NCBI GenBank assembly: GCA_002269645.1 | Contig: NIVC01001230.1 | Span: 62,001-126,000, forward strand | DNA: 64,000 nt | Origin: Macrostomum lignano | Lineage: Eukaryota | Direction: 5' to 3' | Shown: positions 22,470 to 32,385 of the stretch, one piece after another | How positions within the stretch are numbered: the stretch's first letter is position 1 | Layout of the letters: each line of letters opens with the position of its first letter | Program-made: the position numbers and the translations under genes | Notes under the pieces: generated by a model | The model's database searches: none | What the model was told of the DNA's origin: nothing | The model's input: the letters and a program-made list of their open reading frames with translations, nothing else

Positions 22470-24823
22470 ATGAGTTCAGCAACTAACTTCCGTCAGCAAC
22501 GTCAGTGGTTCAACAGTCGGAGACGCATTGGACGTCAAGTTGAACCTCAGAGTAACAGTGAACGACCTGCAAGGCCCAGACAGCCTGCCAATCTGCCTCC
22601 GCCAGGACCACAGCAACAGCCCTTCAGCAACCAAGTCGCGGCAGCGTGCAAGGGACTGTGCAGGATCCATCACCATCTGCAGAACTGGTCTCGCCCGGCA
22701 GCTCCAGTGACAGTCCGAAGGAAGGCAGATAGCCTGACCTTATTCCTCTGTCCAGCGTTCCAGAGCAAGGAGACTCACCAGCGCTTTGAATCCAACGCCC
22801 TACAGTGGCTGGTGCACACAACGGCGGACATGAGGACGCATTATGGCACGCAGTTCGCAGCGGTGGCCGAGAAGTTGGAGCAGCTTCGACTATCTGGCCC
22901 GGTGGAGGAATTCAAGACCGGCTGGCTCGTAGGCATCCGTTGGGCCGCTAACAAGATTGGCAGAGCCTGGAGTCCCCGCATACTTGACGGGGTGATGGAG
23001 CGCCTGCACACCCATGGGTTCAAGGCACTGGCTGGCTGTCTGAGTGAACCGGCTACGCAGCTCCAGGTCACACCGCATTCCCAAGCGTCGACCGCTGCCC
23101 CACCTACGTCCAGTTCGTTGGCTTCCATCATCGAGGAGGCGTCGGAGGAGCTCATGTCCATTTTCGAGACTGGAGCTAACGCGCCGGCGGCTTCAATGGC
23201 GGCCTCGTCGGCGATGGCGCCGGCGGCTTCATCGGCGGCCTCGTCGGCGACCGCGCCGGCGGCTTCATCGGCGGCCTCGTCGGCGACCGCGCCGGCGGCT
23301 TCATCGGCGGCCTCGTCGGCGACCGCGCCGGCGGCTTCATCGGCGGCCCCGTCGGCGACCGCGCCGGCGGCTTCATCGGCGGCCTCGTCGGCGACCGCGC
23401 CGGCGGCTTCATCGGCGGCCTCGTCGGCGACCGAGCCGGCGGCTTCATCGGCGGCCTCGTCGGCGACCGAGCCGGCGGCTTCATCGGCGGCCTCGTCGGC
23501 GACCGCGCCGGCGGCTTCATCGGCGGCCTCGTCGGCGACCGCGCCGGCGGCTTCATCGGCGGCCTCGTCGGCGACCGCGCCGGCGGCCTCGTCGGCGACT
23601 GCGCCGGCGGCTTCATCGGCGGCCTCGTCGGCGACTGCGCCGGCGGCTTCATCGGCGGCCTCGTCGGCGACCGCGCCGGCGGCTTCATCGGCGGCCTCGT
23701 CGGCGACCGCGCCGGCGGCTTCATCGGGGGCCTCGTCGGCGACCGCGCCGGCGGCCTCATCGGCGACTGCGCTGGCGGCTTCATCGGCGACCGCGCCGGC
23801 GGCCTCGTCGGCGACTGCGCCGGCGGCTTCATCGGCGGCCTCGTCGGCGACTGCGCCGGCGGCTTCATCGGCGGCCTCGTCGGCGACCGCGCCGGCGGCC
23901 TCGTCGGCGACCGCGCCGGCGGCCTCGTCGGCGACCGAGCCGGCGGCTTCATCGGCGGCCTCGTCGGCGACCGCGCCGGCGGCTTCATCGGCGGTCTCGT
24001 CGGCGACCGCGCCGCCGGCCTCGTCAGCTTCGTCAGCTCGAGAAGAGAACTCTACGGCGCCATTCACACGGAACTGTGCCTCAATTGAGACTCCGACAAA
24101 CAGGGAGGTGTCCCTCCCCATGACTACGTCTACTGGTGTTCCAGAGACTGTCACCGCCCGGACAAGTGAAGATGCCGCTGACTCCGGAACCCCGGCGGCC
24201 ACCAGGAAGAGGCCCCCATCTGGTTCTCCTGATCCCGGTAGCCTCATGCAGCCGTTGAAGACTGCCAGAAGCTTACGGGAGAACAAAGTCATCTACCACT
24301 ACGGAGCCAAGAAGCACTGGAAGCTGAGGTCAAAGCAGAAGCCCACTCTGGTGATCGCTGACCAGAACGTGGAATTCGTGAAGCTGGCCTCGCCAGACCT
24401 AGAGGTGCACTGCTTCCCGGGCCTCACGCTGGACTACCTGAAGAACATCAGCAAGGTGGAGAATGCGAGTCCCGACACGGGCCGCGTCATCGTCTGGGCC
24501 GGCAACAACGACCTCCACCGTGAGAGCTTCGACTTCTCCATCGCCAAGCTCTGGAAGATGAGCCTGACCAACATCAGGAAGGCTTTCCCCGGCGCGTCAA
24601 TCTGGGTGGTGCAGACCGTGTGCCCCCCGATGCGCCGGCGCTCCAGAAGAGTAACTGTCGCAAGACGAACCAGCTCCTGAGCAGCTACCGGTCTGTCAGC
24701 CTGATCTCGCTGGACACCAAGGACCTGGCATTCCGACGGGACCAGATCAGCCTGGAGCGACAGTCTGCTGATGGGGCGTTCGCCGTCGCCCTGGAGACGG
24801 CGGGCGACCTTCCAAAAAACTGA
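22470..24823 (+). CDS. PLE-A ORF1: N-terminal domain, Ala/Ser tandem-repeat linker, C-terminal SGNH-fold-like domain; one apparent 1-nt frameshift at ~24623-24628
   Basis: ATG at 22470. [44 protein letters not shown] resembles SGNH blocks I-III. The natural continuation ([18 protein letters not shown]) is in the -1 frame after a C6 run. Confidence 0.75.
23190..24030 (+). repeat. In-frame 24/36-bp coding minisatellite ([12 protein letters not shown])n inside PLE-A ORF1
   Basis: Unit GCGCCGGCGGCTTCATCGGCGGCCTCGTCGGCGACC; all unit lengths are multiples of 3. Confidence 0.95.
24814..24820 (+). other. Candidate -1 ribosomal frameshift slippery site A AAA AAC (PLE-A)
   Basis: CCA AAA AAC TGA ends ORF1. 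The -1 frame is open from 24772 into the RT ORF. GC-rich hairpin GGGGGC..GCCCCC downstream. Confidence 0.7.
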
Positions 24824-27066
24824 GCGGGCCGGGGGCGAGCCATGGGCCCCCCCAACTGAGGGTGACGAACCTTTCCAGCCGCGCTCTCGCACCGACTGAA
24901 CTGCAACTGCTGGAGCGCGGCCAGTCCTTCGTAGTGGCTCCTCGGTGCACCTCGGCGGAGTCTCTGGCGTCCGGCGTCCGCAACTTTGGCGAGCGTCTGG
25001 CCGTGTTGGCGGCTCGCGGCTTCAAGCGCGAACTGACGGTGGACGACGGTCCGCCGCTTCCCCGCCGCCCAACGGCCAGCATCGATCCGAGCCGCCTCCG
25101 GCCCGAAATTCAAGCCGCTCTGGCGGAGCTGGACGACGTCAGGGAGAACATCCGGGACTGCAGGAACGCTCCAAACATTAGCCAGGCGGAGGCAAAGGCA
25201 CTGCGAGATCTGCGGGCAGACAAGTCCATCGTCATCAAGCCGGCCGACAAGGGCAGCCAGCTGGTCATCCTGGACCGGCAGGACTATGTCCGTGAATGCC
25301 TGCGTCAGCTGGAAGACCCGCTGTTTTACCGACCTCTGAGCGCACCGATCAGCCGCTTCACAGCCCAGATGATCCGCGGCGTCTTCAGATCGCTGCTGGA
25401 CCGAAGGATCATCGATCGGCGCCAGTTCAACGCCTTCTGCCCGAAGGAGGAGTTCCGCACGCGGTGCTTCTACATCCTGCCGAAGATCCACAAGCCCGTC
25501 GAGTCGTGGCCGCTCGGCGACATTCCTCCGGGCCGGCCCATCGTGTCTGACGTGGACAGCGAGTCTTACGCCAGCGGCCGCTTCATCGACAGCTTCCTGC
25601 AGCCGATCGTCATCCAGCTGCCCAGCTTCATCAGGGACACTGACCACTTCCAAGCCGCCATCCGCGGGATCGCCTGTGCGGCGTCCGAGGAGTCCTTCCT
25701 GTTCACCATGGACGTCGCCAGCCTTTACACCAACATCCCGACCGCGGCCGGACTCGAGTGCGTACAGAGGGCCTTCAGGGAGCACCCGGATGCCAGGCGC
25801 CCAGACGCGAGTCTCCTCAGTCTGCTCAAGCTTAACCTGGAGCGCAACGACTTCGAATTCGACGGCAAATTTTTCCTGCAAGTGAAAGGCACGGCCATGG
25901 GGAAGTCGTTTGCACCCAGCTACAGCAACATCTACATGGGCTACTGGGAGCAGCGGGGCCTGGAGCTCAGCCCGCAGAAGCCCGCCCTGTGGCTGCGCTA
26001 CATTGACGACATCTTCGGCGTCTGGCACGGAACGAGAGACGAGCTGGTCCGCTTCCACGAGCTCCTGGATGGCCTCGACCCGAACATCAGGTTGCAGCTG
26101 AGCTACAGCAGCACCGAGGTCAACTTCCTGGACACCACCGTCTTCTGGGACCGCGAGGGGGACTCCAAGCGTCTGGCGACTAGAGTCTTCTTCAAGCCCA
26201 CGGACAGCCGAGCTCTTATCCACCGCGACTCATTCCACCCGAGGCGGACGTTCAAGGGTGTGGTCAAGTCCCAGCTCATCAGATACGCCCGCAGGTGCTC
26301 CCGGATGGTCGACTTCGACGCGGCCTGCACCGAGCTGCTGTCGAATCTGGTGCAGCACCAGGGCTACAACAGGCGTTTTCTACGCAATATCAAATACGAG
26401 GTGCTGGCGGAGCTGGGTTTCTACCCGACAAGGCGGTGGGAGTTCGGCTTCCTGCCGTGCAACCCGGCCCGGCTGTGCAAGTGCTGCCAGGCGCACGCCA
26501 GATTCACCTCCGTCTGCCCGGGATCCGCGTCCACGACCGTCAAGATCACCATCAGCCAGAGGATCGACTGCAACTCGGTCAACGCTGTCTACACCGTGTT
26601 CTGCCGCCGCTGCAGCTGCACGGTCTACGTCGGCGAGACGGTCAACAGCATCCGGGCCCGCATGCTAGCGCACGTCGGCGACATCAGGCACGCACGCGAC
26701 ACTCCGGTGGCCCGCCACTTCAGCAACGATGGCCATAGTCTCGAGGACTTTGCCTTCACCGGAGTGTGGACGCGGGACGGCTCTGGACCCAAGGCCAATG
26801 AACGACGTCAACGCCAGGAGGCCAAACTCATCGCGGTCCTGAAAACTCTGGTCCCACATGGCGCCAACGAGCTGGCCGGGGTGCTGCACAATCCGGCGAT
26901 CCCACTGATTGTGCCGCACTGCGCTGGGTCAGACACCCTGGTTGCCAAGGTGAGGGACGGCGTGGCACAGCACTGCGATGCCCCTGTACTGCCGGCCTTC
27001 ACTAAAGGGAGGAGCCTTCGGGATCTACTCTGCCACAGCCAGCTCGAACCAGCTTCTGCCAATTGA
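24814..27066 (+). CDS. PLE-A ORF2: reverse transcriptase + Cys linker + GIY-YIG endonuclease (no start ATG; first in-frame ATG at 25369)
   Basis: VTNLS..ERGQSFV, IKPADKG, FYILPKIHK..PGRPIVS, DVASLYTNIP, GTAMG..FAPSY, RYIDDIF, FLD; PC...LCKCC; VYTVFCRRC..YVGET..RMLAH..VARHF..H. Uninterrupted. Confidence 0.95.
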   Translation, partial: KKLSGPGASHGPPQLRVTNLSSRALAPTELQLLERGQSFVVAPRCTSAESLASGVRNFGERLAVLAARGFKRELTVDDGPPLPRRPTASIDPSRLRPEIQAALAELDDVRENIRDCRNAPNISQAEAKALRDLRADKSIVIKPADKGSQLVILDRQDYVRECLRQLEDPLFYRPLSAPISRFTAQMIRGVFRSLLDRRIIDRRQFNAFCPKEEFRTRCFYILPKIHKPVESWPLGDIPPGRPIVSDVDSESYASGRFIDSFLQPIVIQLPSFIRDTDHFQAAIRGIACAASEESFLFTMDVASLYTNIPTAAGLECVQRAFREHPDARRPDASLLSLLKLNLERNDFEFDGKFFLQVKGTAMGKSFAPSYSNIYMGYWEQRGLELSPQKPALWLRYIDDIFGVWHGTRDELVRFHELLDGLDPNIRLQLSYSSTEVNFLDTTVFWDREGDSKRLATRVFFKPTDSRALIHRDSFHPRRTFKGVVKSQLIRYARRCSRMVDFDAACTELLSNLVQHQGYNRRFLRNIKYEVLAELGFYPTRRWEFGFLPCNPARLCKCCQAHARFTSVCPGSASTTVKITISQRIDCNSVNAVYTVFCRRCSCTVYVGETVNSIRARMLAHVGDIRHARDTPVARHFSNDGHSLEDFAFTGVWTRDGSGPKANERRQRQEAKLIAVLKTLVPHGANELAGVLHNPAIPLIVPHCAGSDTLVAKVRDGVAQHCDAPVLPAFTKGRSLRDLLCHSQLEPASAN

Positions 27067-27479
27067 GATCAGCTGTACAAAGGCTCCTTTACTGCTATTT
27101 TCCCCTCTGTGATTTTTCATTGACTTTATTTCGATTTATTCAGATTATTTATTTTCTGCTTTTTATTCATTTTTCTGACACTGTGTACGGTGCACCTGCA
27201 TTTTTGCTCTGAGCATTTAATAATTATTTTTATTTACCTTACCTATTTATTTCGCCATTTATTTTTGCAATTTTTATTCTACACTTAAAGGTCGTCTAGG
27301 CCCAATTGTACAGTTTTAGCCACCCCCGCTTTTCTCATAGTCTCGGACTCGTTTTAATGTACTGACCATGCGTACTGTTTTAAGTGCTTGAGCACATCAA
27401 TTTATCGATCGTCTCTCCCTGGCGATATCGCCTTTATATATTGACGGCAATTCGCGCCAAATAAACTTCACTCGCTTGC

Positions 27480-27516
27480 AGCCCTGACGAAGAAATTTGA
27501 TTTCGAAATATCGGCT
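27480..27516 (+). ncRNA. Minimal type I hammerhead ribozyme motif (PLE-A 3' end)
   Basis: Same motif as 22299-22335. Confidence 0.78.
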
Positions 27517-27616
27517 ACTCAATTTAAATTGACTTTTTTCAGTCCTTTCTGACTTTCTACCGTGTCAGTGCCCGAGATTGGAGGCGCCCTCCTCTCTCTC
27601 TCTCTCTCTCCCTCTC

Positions 27617-27649
<33 letters not shown>

Positions 27650-28020
27650 TTCGAGGGCCTCAAACTGCCGGCAATCACAGAGGTGCATGTGTACTCACTG
27701 TCAACCTTACCATCCCTACTGAGGTCGGCCGCCCTGCGGAACCGGCAATGCGCTCGGTCAACGGTGCTGGTCCTGCCGGACGAGCTGCTCAGCACAGACC
27801 ACTGGCTAGAGTGGCTCTCTGAGGCCATCGATCTACTAAGAGCGGACAGTCTGGCACGTAAGATCCTTCTGGTTCCGCCCTTTGCCAGCGGTGAAGATTC
27901 GACTCAAATTCTGAGTAAGAAACTCTCACCTGTTACTTTTATTGCCTCTCCTCCTCTTAAACCAATTGTATCCTTCTCAGCGCCTGACTTTATACTGGCG
28001 CTGGCTTCCTGGCTGAGAAC

Positions 28021-28027
28021 TTTAAAC
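28021..28027 (+). other. Candidate -1 ribosomal frameshift slippery site T TTA AAC (PLE-B); duplicate at 20088-20094
   Basis: ACT TTA AAC TAG ends ORF1. The -1 frame is open from 27988 into LNLHP..DRGLNFIP. Downstream hairpin GCTG..CTTCC-CAACCT-GGAAG..CAGC. Confidence 0.72.
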
Positions 28028-30255
28028 TAGCTGACTACTGTAGGCTTCCCAACCTGGAAGGCAGCATTTTGAATCTACACCCCACCTTCAAACTCTCTGA
28101 ATCTGAGACGAGGCTGCTAGATAGGGGACTCAATTTTATCCCAACCCAAGCCCTTGATTTCGAGGATCTGAGGAACTGCGTGACGGAATTTCATCGTAAA
28201 CTTTTCTGGAAAGACTTTTTCAAAAAGAGGGGTCTCGCCAATACCAGCCCGCCCCCTTTCACCGGGAAATCAGGGAAGGAGGTCCCCCGCAGACTTAGAA
28301 GGGATGAGTGCAACTTGTTTGTGCTTGAGAACAAAAAACTGGTAGATAATTTGACAACGGTACAGATCAAAGGCAACCTAGAGGTACCAGAGACCAGAGC
28401 GATTTAGGGGCTCAAGCGAAACAGCTCCGTCCTAATAAAAAAGGCGGACAAAGGTAACGCAGTGGTCATCATGCACCCCAAGGATTACGAATTCGCAGCC
28501 TACAACCAATTGCTGGACACTAATGCCTATCAACAGCTGGACCAGCCACTGCAACCCGAGACTGCGGAACTTATCAGGAGGATCTTCCTCGATTTATGTA
28601 ACAGAAAGTTCATATCTAAGAAACAGTTTTCTTTTCTTTGTCCCGGAGAGAACTTCCGTCCCCGGCATTTCTACCTGCTCCCCAAAATTCACAAGGACCC
28701 GGCCACCTGGCTGATCCCCTTTCGGGTCCCAGCAGGCAGACCTATTGTTAGCGGATGCAGTTCTGAAGCAATTGGGGCAGAAAAGTACATAGACTTCTTT
28801 CTTAAACCGATTGCCCAAGCGCAACCCACTTTCGTTAAGGACTCGTATGACTTCAAGGCACACCTTATGGATAAAAGCTGCACGGAAGGTTCGACTCTGG
28901 CAACCTGTGATGCCCAGAGTCTATACTCCATGATCCCCATAGACCAGGGCATTGCAGCGATCCAGGAATTCTTTAACCGATACCCGGATCCCATTAGACC
29001 GGATGCTAAAATAATAAAGCTACTGGAACTGTGTTTGTACAGGAATGACTTTGAATTTGACAAAATGATCTTCCTACAACTTAGAGGTACAGCCATGGGG
29101 CGCAAATTTGCGCCCAGCTATGCCTGTCTGTTCATGAGCCTCTGGGAGGAAACTGCCCTGAGAACAGCTCTTTATAAGCCGAAAATTTACTTTAGGTACA
29201 TAGATAATATATTCATTCACTGGAACCACCCGGCTGAAGCTCTGACAGAATTTGTTCGACACCTAAATTCAATCAACCCCAACATCAAACTCACCGTCAG
29301 CTCCTCATCAACTGAGGTCAGTTTCCTTGACAGGACCATCAAGAAAGCTGAAAACCGCTTCACTACACAACTGTTTTCAAAAGAAACAGACACTCATAGA
29401 TTGTTGCACCGACAGTCCTTCCATCCGTCACACACCTTCAAGGGGGTAGTAAAATCCCAAGTCCTTCGGTACGCCTGTATCTGTGATGACTACAAGTCTT
29501 TCAACGATGCTTTCAATTCTTTAAAATCGGAACTCAAGCAATTAGGCTACTTGAAGATTTTTATTAGAAACTGCAAAAAGGAGGTCCTCAAACTTATGAA
29601 CTGGACTGCGGGACCAACGACCAATCTGGGTCTGCTTCCCAAAGGGTTCCATCCCTGTGGGTCATCCCGCTGCAAATGCTGCACTCACTCACCGCCTGCT
29701 CTCTCCGCCCAGGGGCTGAAACCGGCTTCTGGTTTTTTAATCTCTCAGAGCCTGTCCTGTGGCTCCAAGAGCATCATCTTTGGCATCTCCTTCAACCAGT
29801 GCCACCCTGGGAAAATCTTCTATGTAGGGATGACTAGAAGAACAAAGAGAGATAGAATGAACCAACACAGGTCAAATATTAACAGGAGGGTCGTGACTTC
29901 GGGGTCAGAGCACTTTCTCACCCCCAATCACTCGATTGCAAACTTTGTCTCCATTGCTATCGAACAAGTTCTTAATAACAACAAAATCGAACTAAGGGAA
30001 CCAATCTGGATTAAAAAACTGGGGACTGGCAAACCGCCAGGTACGAACATCAGGGTTGAAAATCATCTCCGACCCATCCCACTGGTCCTTCCTTTTCACC
30101 CATCTACGGTCTGGCTTGCCAACGAGATAGCTAAAAACTTTGAGAAGCTACAAAATAAACCAGGCTCCCGCATACTGCCCGCATTTACACGGCAACGAAA
30201 TTTACAGAGCCTCCTGGCTCCCAATAAGTTTAAGTCTCAGCCAGGAAACATTTAA
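28021..30255 (+). pseudogene. PLE-B ORF2, RT + GIY-YIG, interrupted by a single TAG
   Basis: RAI*GLKRNSSVLIKKADKG; FYLLPKIHK, GRPIVS, DAQSLYS, GTAMG, RYIDNIF, PCGSSRCKCC, FYVGMT..RMNQH..EHF..H. Catalytic YIDD is changed to YIDN. Confidence 0.88.
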
Positions 30256-30625
30256 TCATTTTAACCAATGCGCTATTTTCACCCTATTAAAGTACAATAT
30301 TTATTCACGTGTCATTTATTTTATTTTATTTCATTCAAACTGCTTAATTGTACGCTCAATATTGATTTTTATGCTCCTACCCCCAATACCGGCATTTCAT
30401 CTAATCGTATAGTATCGCATATCGTATAGTACTTCGAAATAACAATTTTTTATAACAAATATACTGTCGTTTAAAATGAATGGTGGAAAGCCTCTGGGTC
30501 AAGTTAGAGCCAGACAAAACAGGGTTTTAAATGTACATCCTTCATATGTACAACTACTGATCAATTTTATCAGACTAAGAAAAATAATACTTAAAAGACC
30601 AACTTGCTTTGCACCACAGATTTTT

Positions 30626-30663
30626 GGCCTGACGAAGAGCCCAGAGGCTTGAAACCGGTAGCC
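30626..30663 (+). ncRNA. Minimal type I hammerhead ribozyme motif (PLE-B 3' end)
   Basis: GGC CTGACGA AG AGCC CAGA GGCT T GAAA CCGG TA GCC: stem I GGC/GCC, stem II AGCC/GGCT, palindromic ACCGGT in place of stem III, GUA cleavage triplet. Confidence 0.85.
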
Positions 30664-31894
30664 TATTTTCTAAAATAATATTTTAATACGCCGTGACCTC
30701 TCTTCTCTCTCTCTACTGTAGTGTGAGCATCTTTGCGTTTATTTTGTTGTAAATTGACTGCATTAGTTTCTATATTGTTATTGAATTGTTATTTTGCTTA
30801 GTTAGTCATACGTTTTTGGTGTACTTTTTCCTTGTTAGTTAGAATCAATTTTGCGTAAACAGGCTAGAAATCAGACGCCATCTGTGACTCAGCGGAGGGT
30901 TGAGTTGTCTGCGAACCCCAGCTTTGCGCGGCCAGCCAATCAGAACCGGCCTGGACCCTGGCACGCGGCAAGTTTCAGTTCTACCCGGCGCCGCGGGCAC
31001 AGTTCAATTCGGCTTAAGCAAGCGGCCGGCCAGACGACCACCACCCGGCTTGAGGGGGTTTGTGAGGGGTTGACTCTGACTATATATGAAAGTGTGTTTT
31101 GGCAATCGGATCTCGCTTCTCTCCTTTCCCCGGTTTTGTCTTGTCCAGTTCCCGGCCGGTGGCCCGATTTTTCCTCCCCTTGTTGGTTCGCGCTTTGAGG
31201 CGTTTTGATTTCATCACCCCCGGTCCATATCTTTGTTCCCGCCCAACCGCAGTAGTCTTGTGGCGTAACGTCTACGGCAAATTCCTGTCTGAAGTCGTCG
31301 CTATCAAGCGCGGTTAGACAGAGACTGTCGGATCTGATCAAGTACGCGGCCTCGACCCCGAGGGCCCCAGTGTTACACTGAAGGGCAGTGCCGATAGAAC
31401 TTAGTCGGTACTCCGTTGAACGGTCGGTTCGGCAGGGCTCTCGTTTGAGAGTAGGTTCTGGCTTAGGCCAGGGGTTAGGAGTCTTCTCCGTGGTCCTGTG
31501 TTCGGTGCCTCCTTCTTCTTCAAGCTAAGATCCGCTTGTCAGTGCGTATATAATCATTATTTATTAACCGTTATTGTCGTTTTGTCAACTCTAGTTATCT
31601 GCGTCGTTTGTCTAAATCTTGTAACTCAGCTAATCAAATTAAACCGTCAATCAAGTTAGTTATTCTTGAAATAGGATTATCACTCTCTAAATCTTTCGGT
31701 TTGTGTTTCCTCGTGTTCTTTATTTTCTTGTACTGTATCTGCGGCTATTGGAGAAGACTGGTAGAACTCGCCGACCGGCGATAGGCGATTAGGATTAATA
31801 GCTTTAAAATCTCCGAACGCTCCAAGTAGGTTTGTCTAGGGCCTAAATAATTGCTCACCGTGCATGCTATTATCTAATTGCCTGTTTATCACAC

Positions 31895-32385
<491 letters not shown>

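Larger units (their letters stand above)
22441..27590 (+). mobile_element. Penelope-like retroelement family A, apparently full length (ORF1 + RT/GIY-YIG ORF2)
   Basis: Contains the two ORFs listed below, an AT-rich 3'UTR with hammerhead, and is bounded on both sides by (CT)n. Confidence 0.93.
27651..30700 (+). mobile_element. Penelope-like retroelement family B, 5'-truncated at (CT)n
   Basis: ORF1 remnant (27651-28030), RT/GIY-YIG ORF2 (28021-30255) with one in-frame TAG at 28405-28407, AT-rich 3'UTR, hammerhead, then a CT tract at ~30697-30714. Confidence 0.92.

Noticed and set aside
24685-26223. 512-aa antisense ORF over the RT (also 22841-24292, 23176-23988, 55738-56484)
   Set aside because: Shadow frames of GC-rich coding or repeat sequence; no independent motifs.
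28405-28407. Selenocysteine recoding in PLE-B
   Set aside because: The codon is TAG, not TGA, and no SECIS was recognised.
30883-31865. Solo LTR (starts TGTGA, has CCAAT and TATA-like motifs)
   Set aside because: No matching ..TCACA end, no TSD, and no convincing PBS/PPT; left unannotated.
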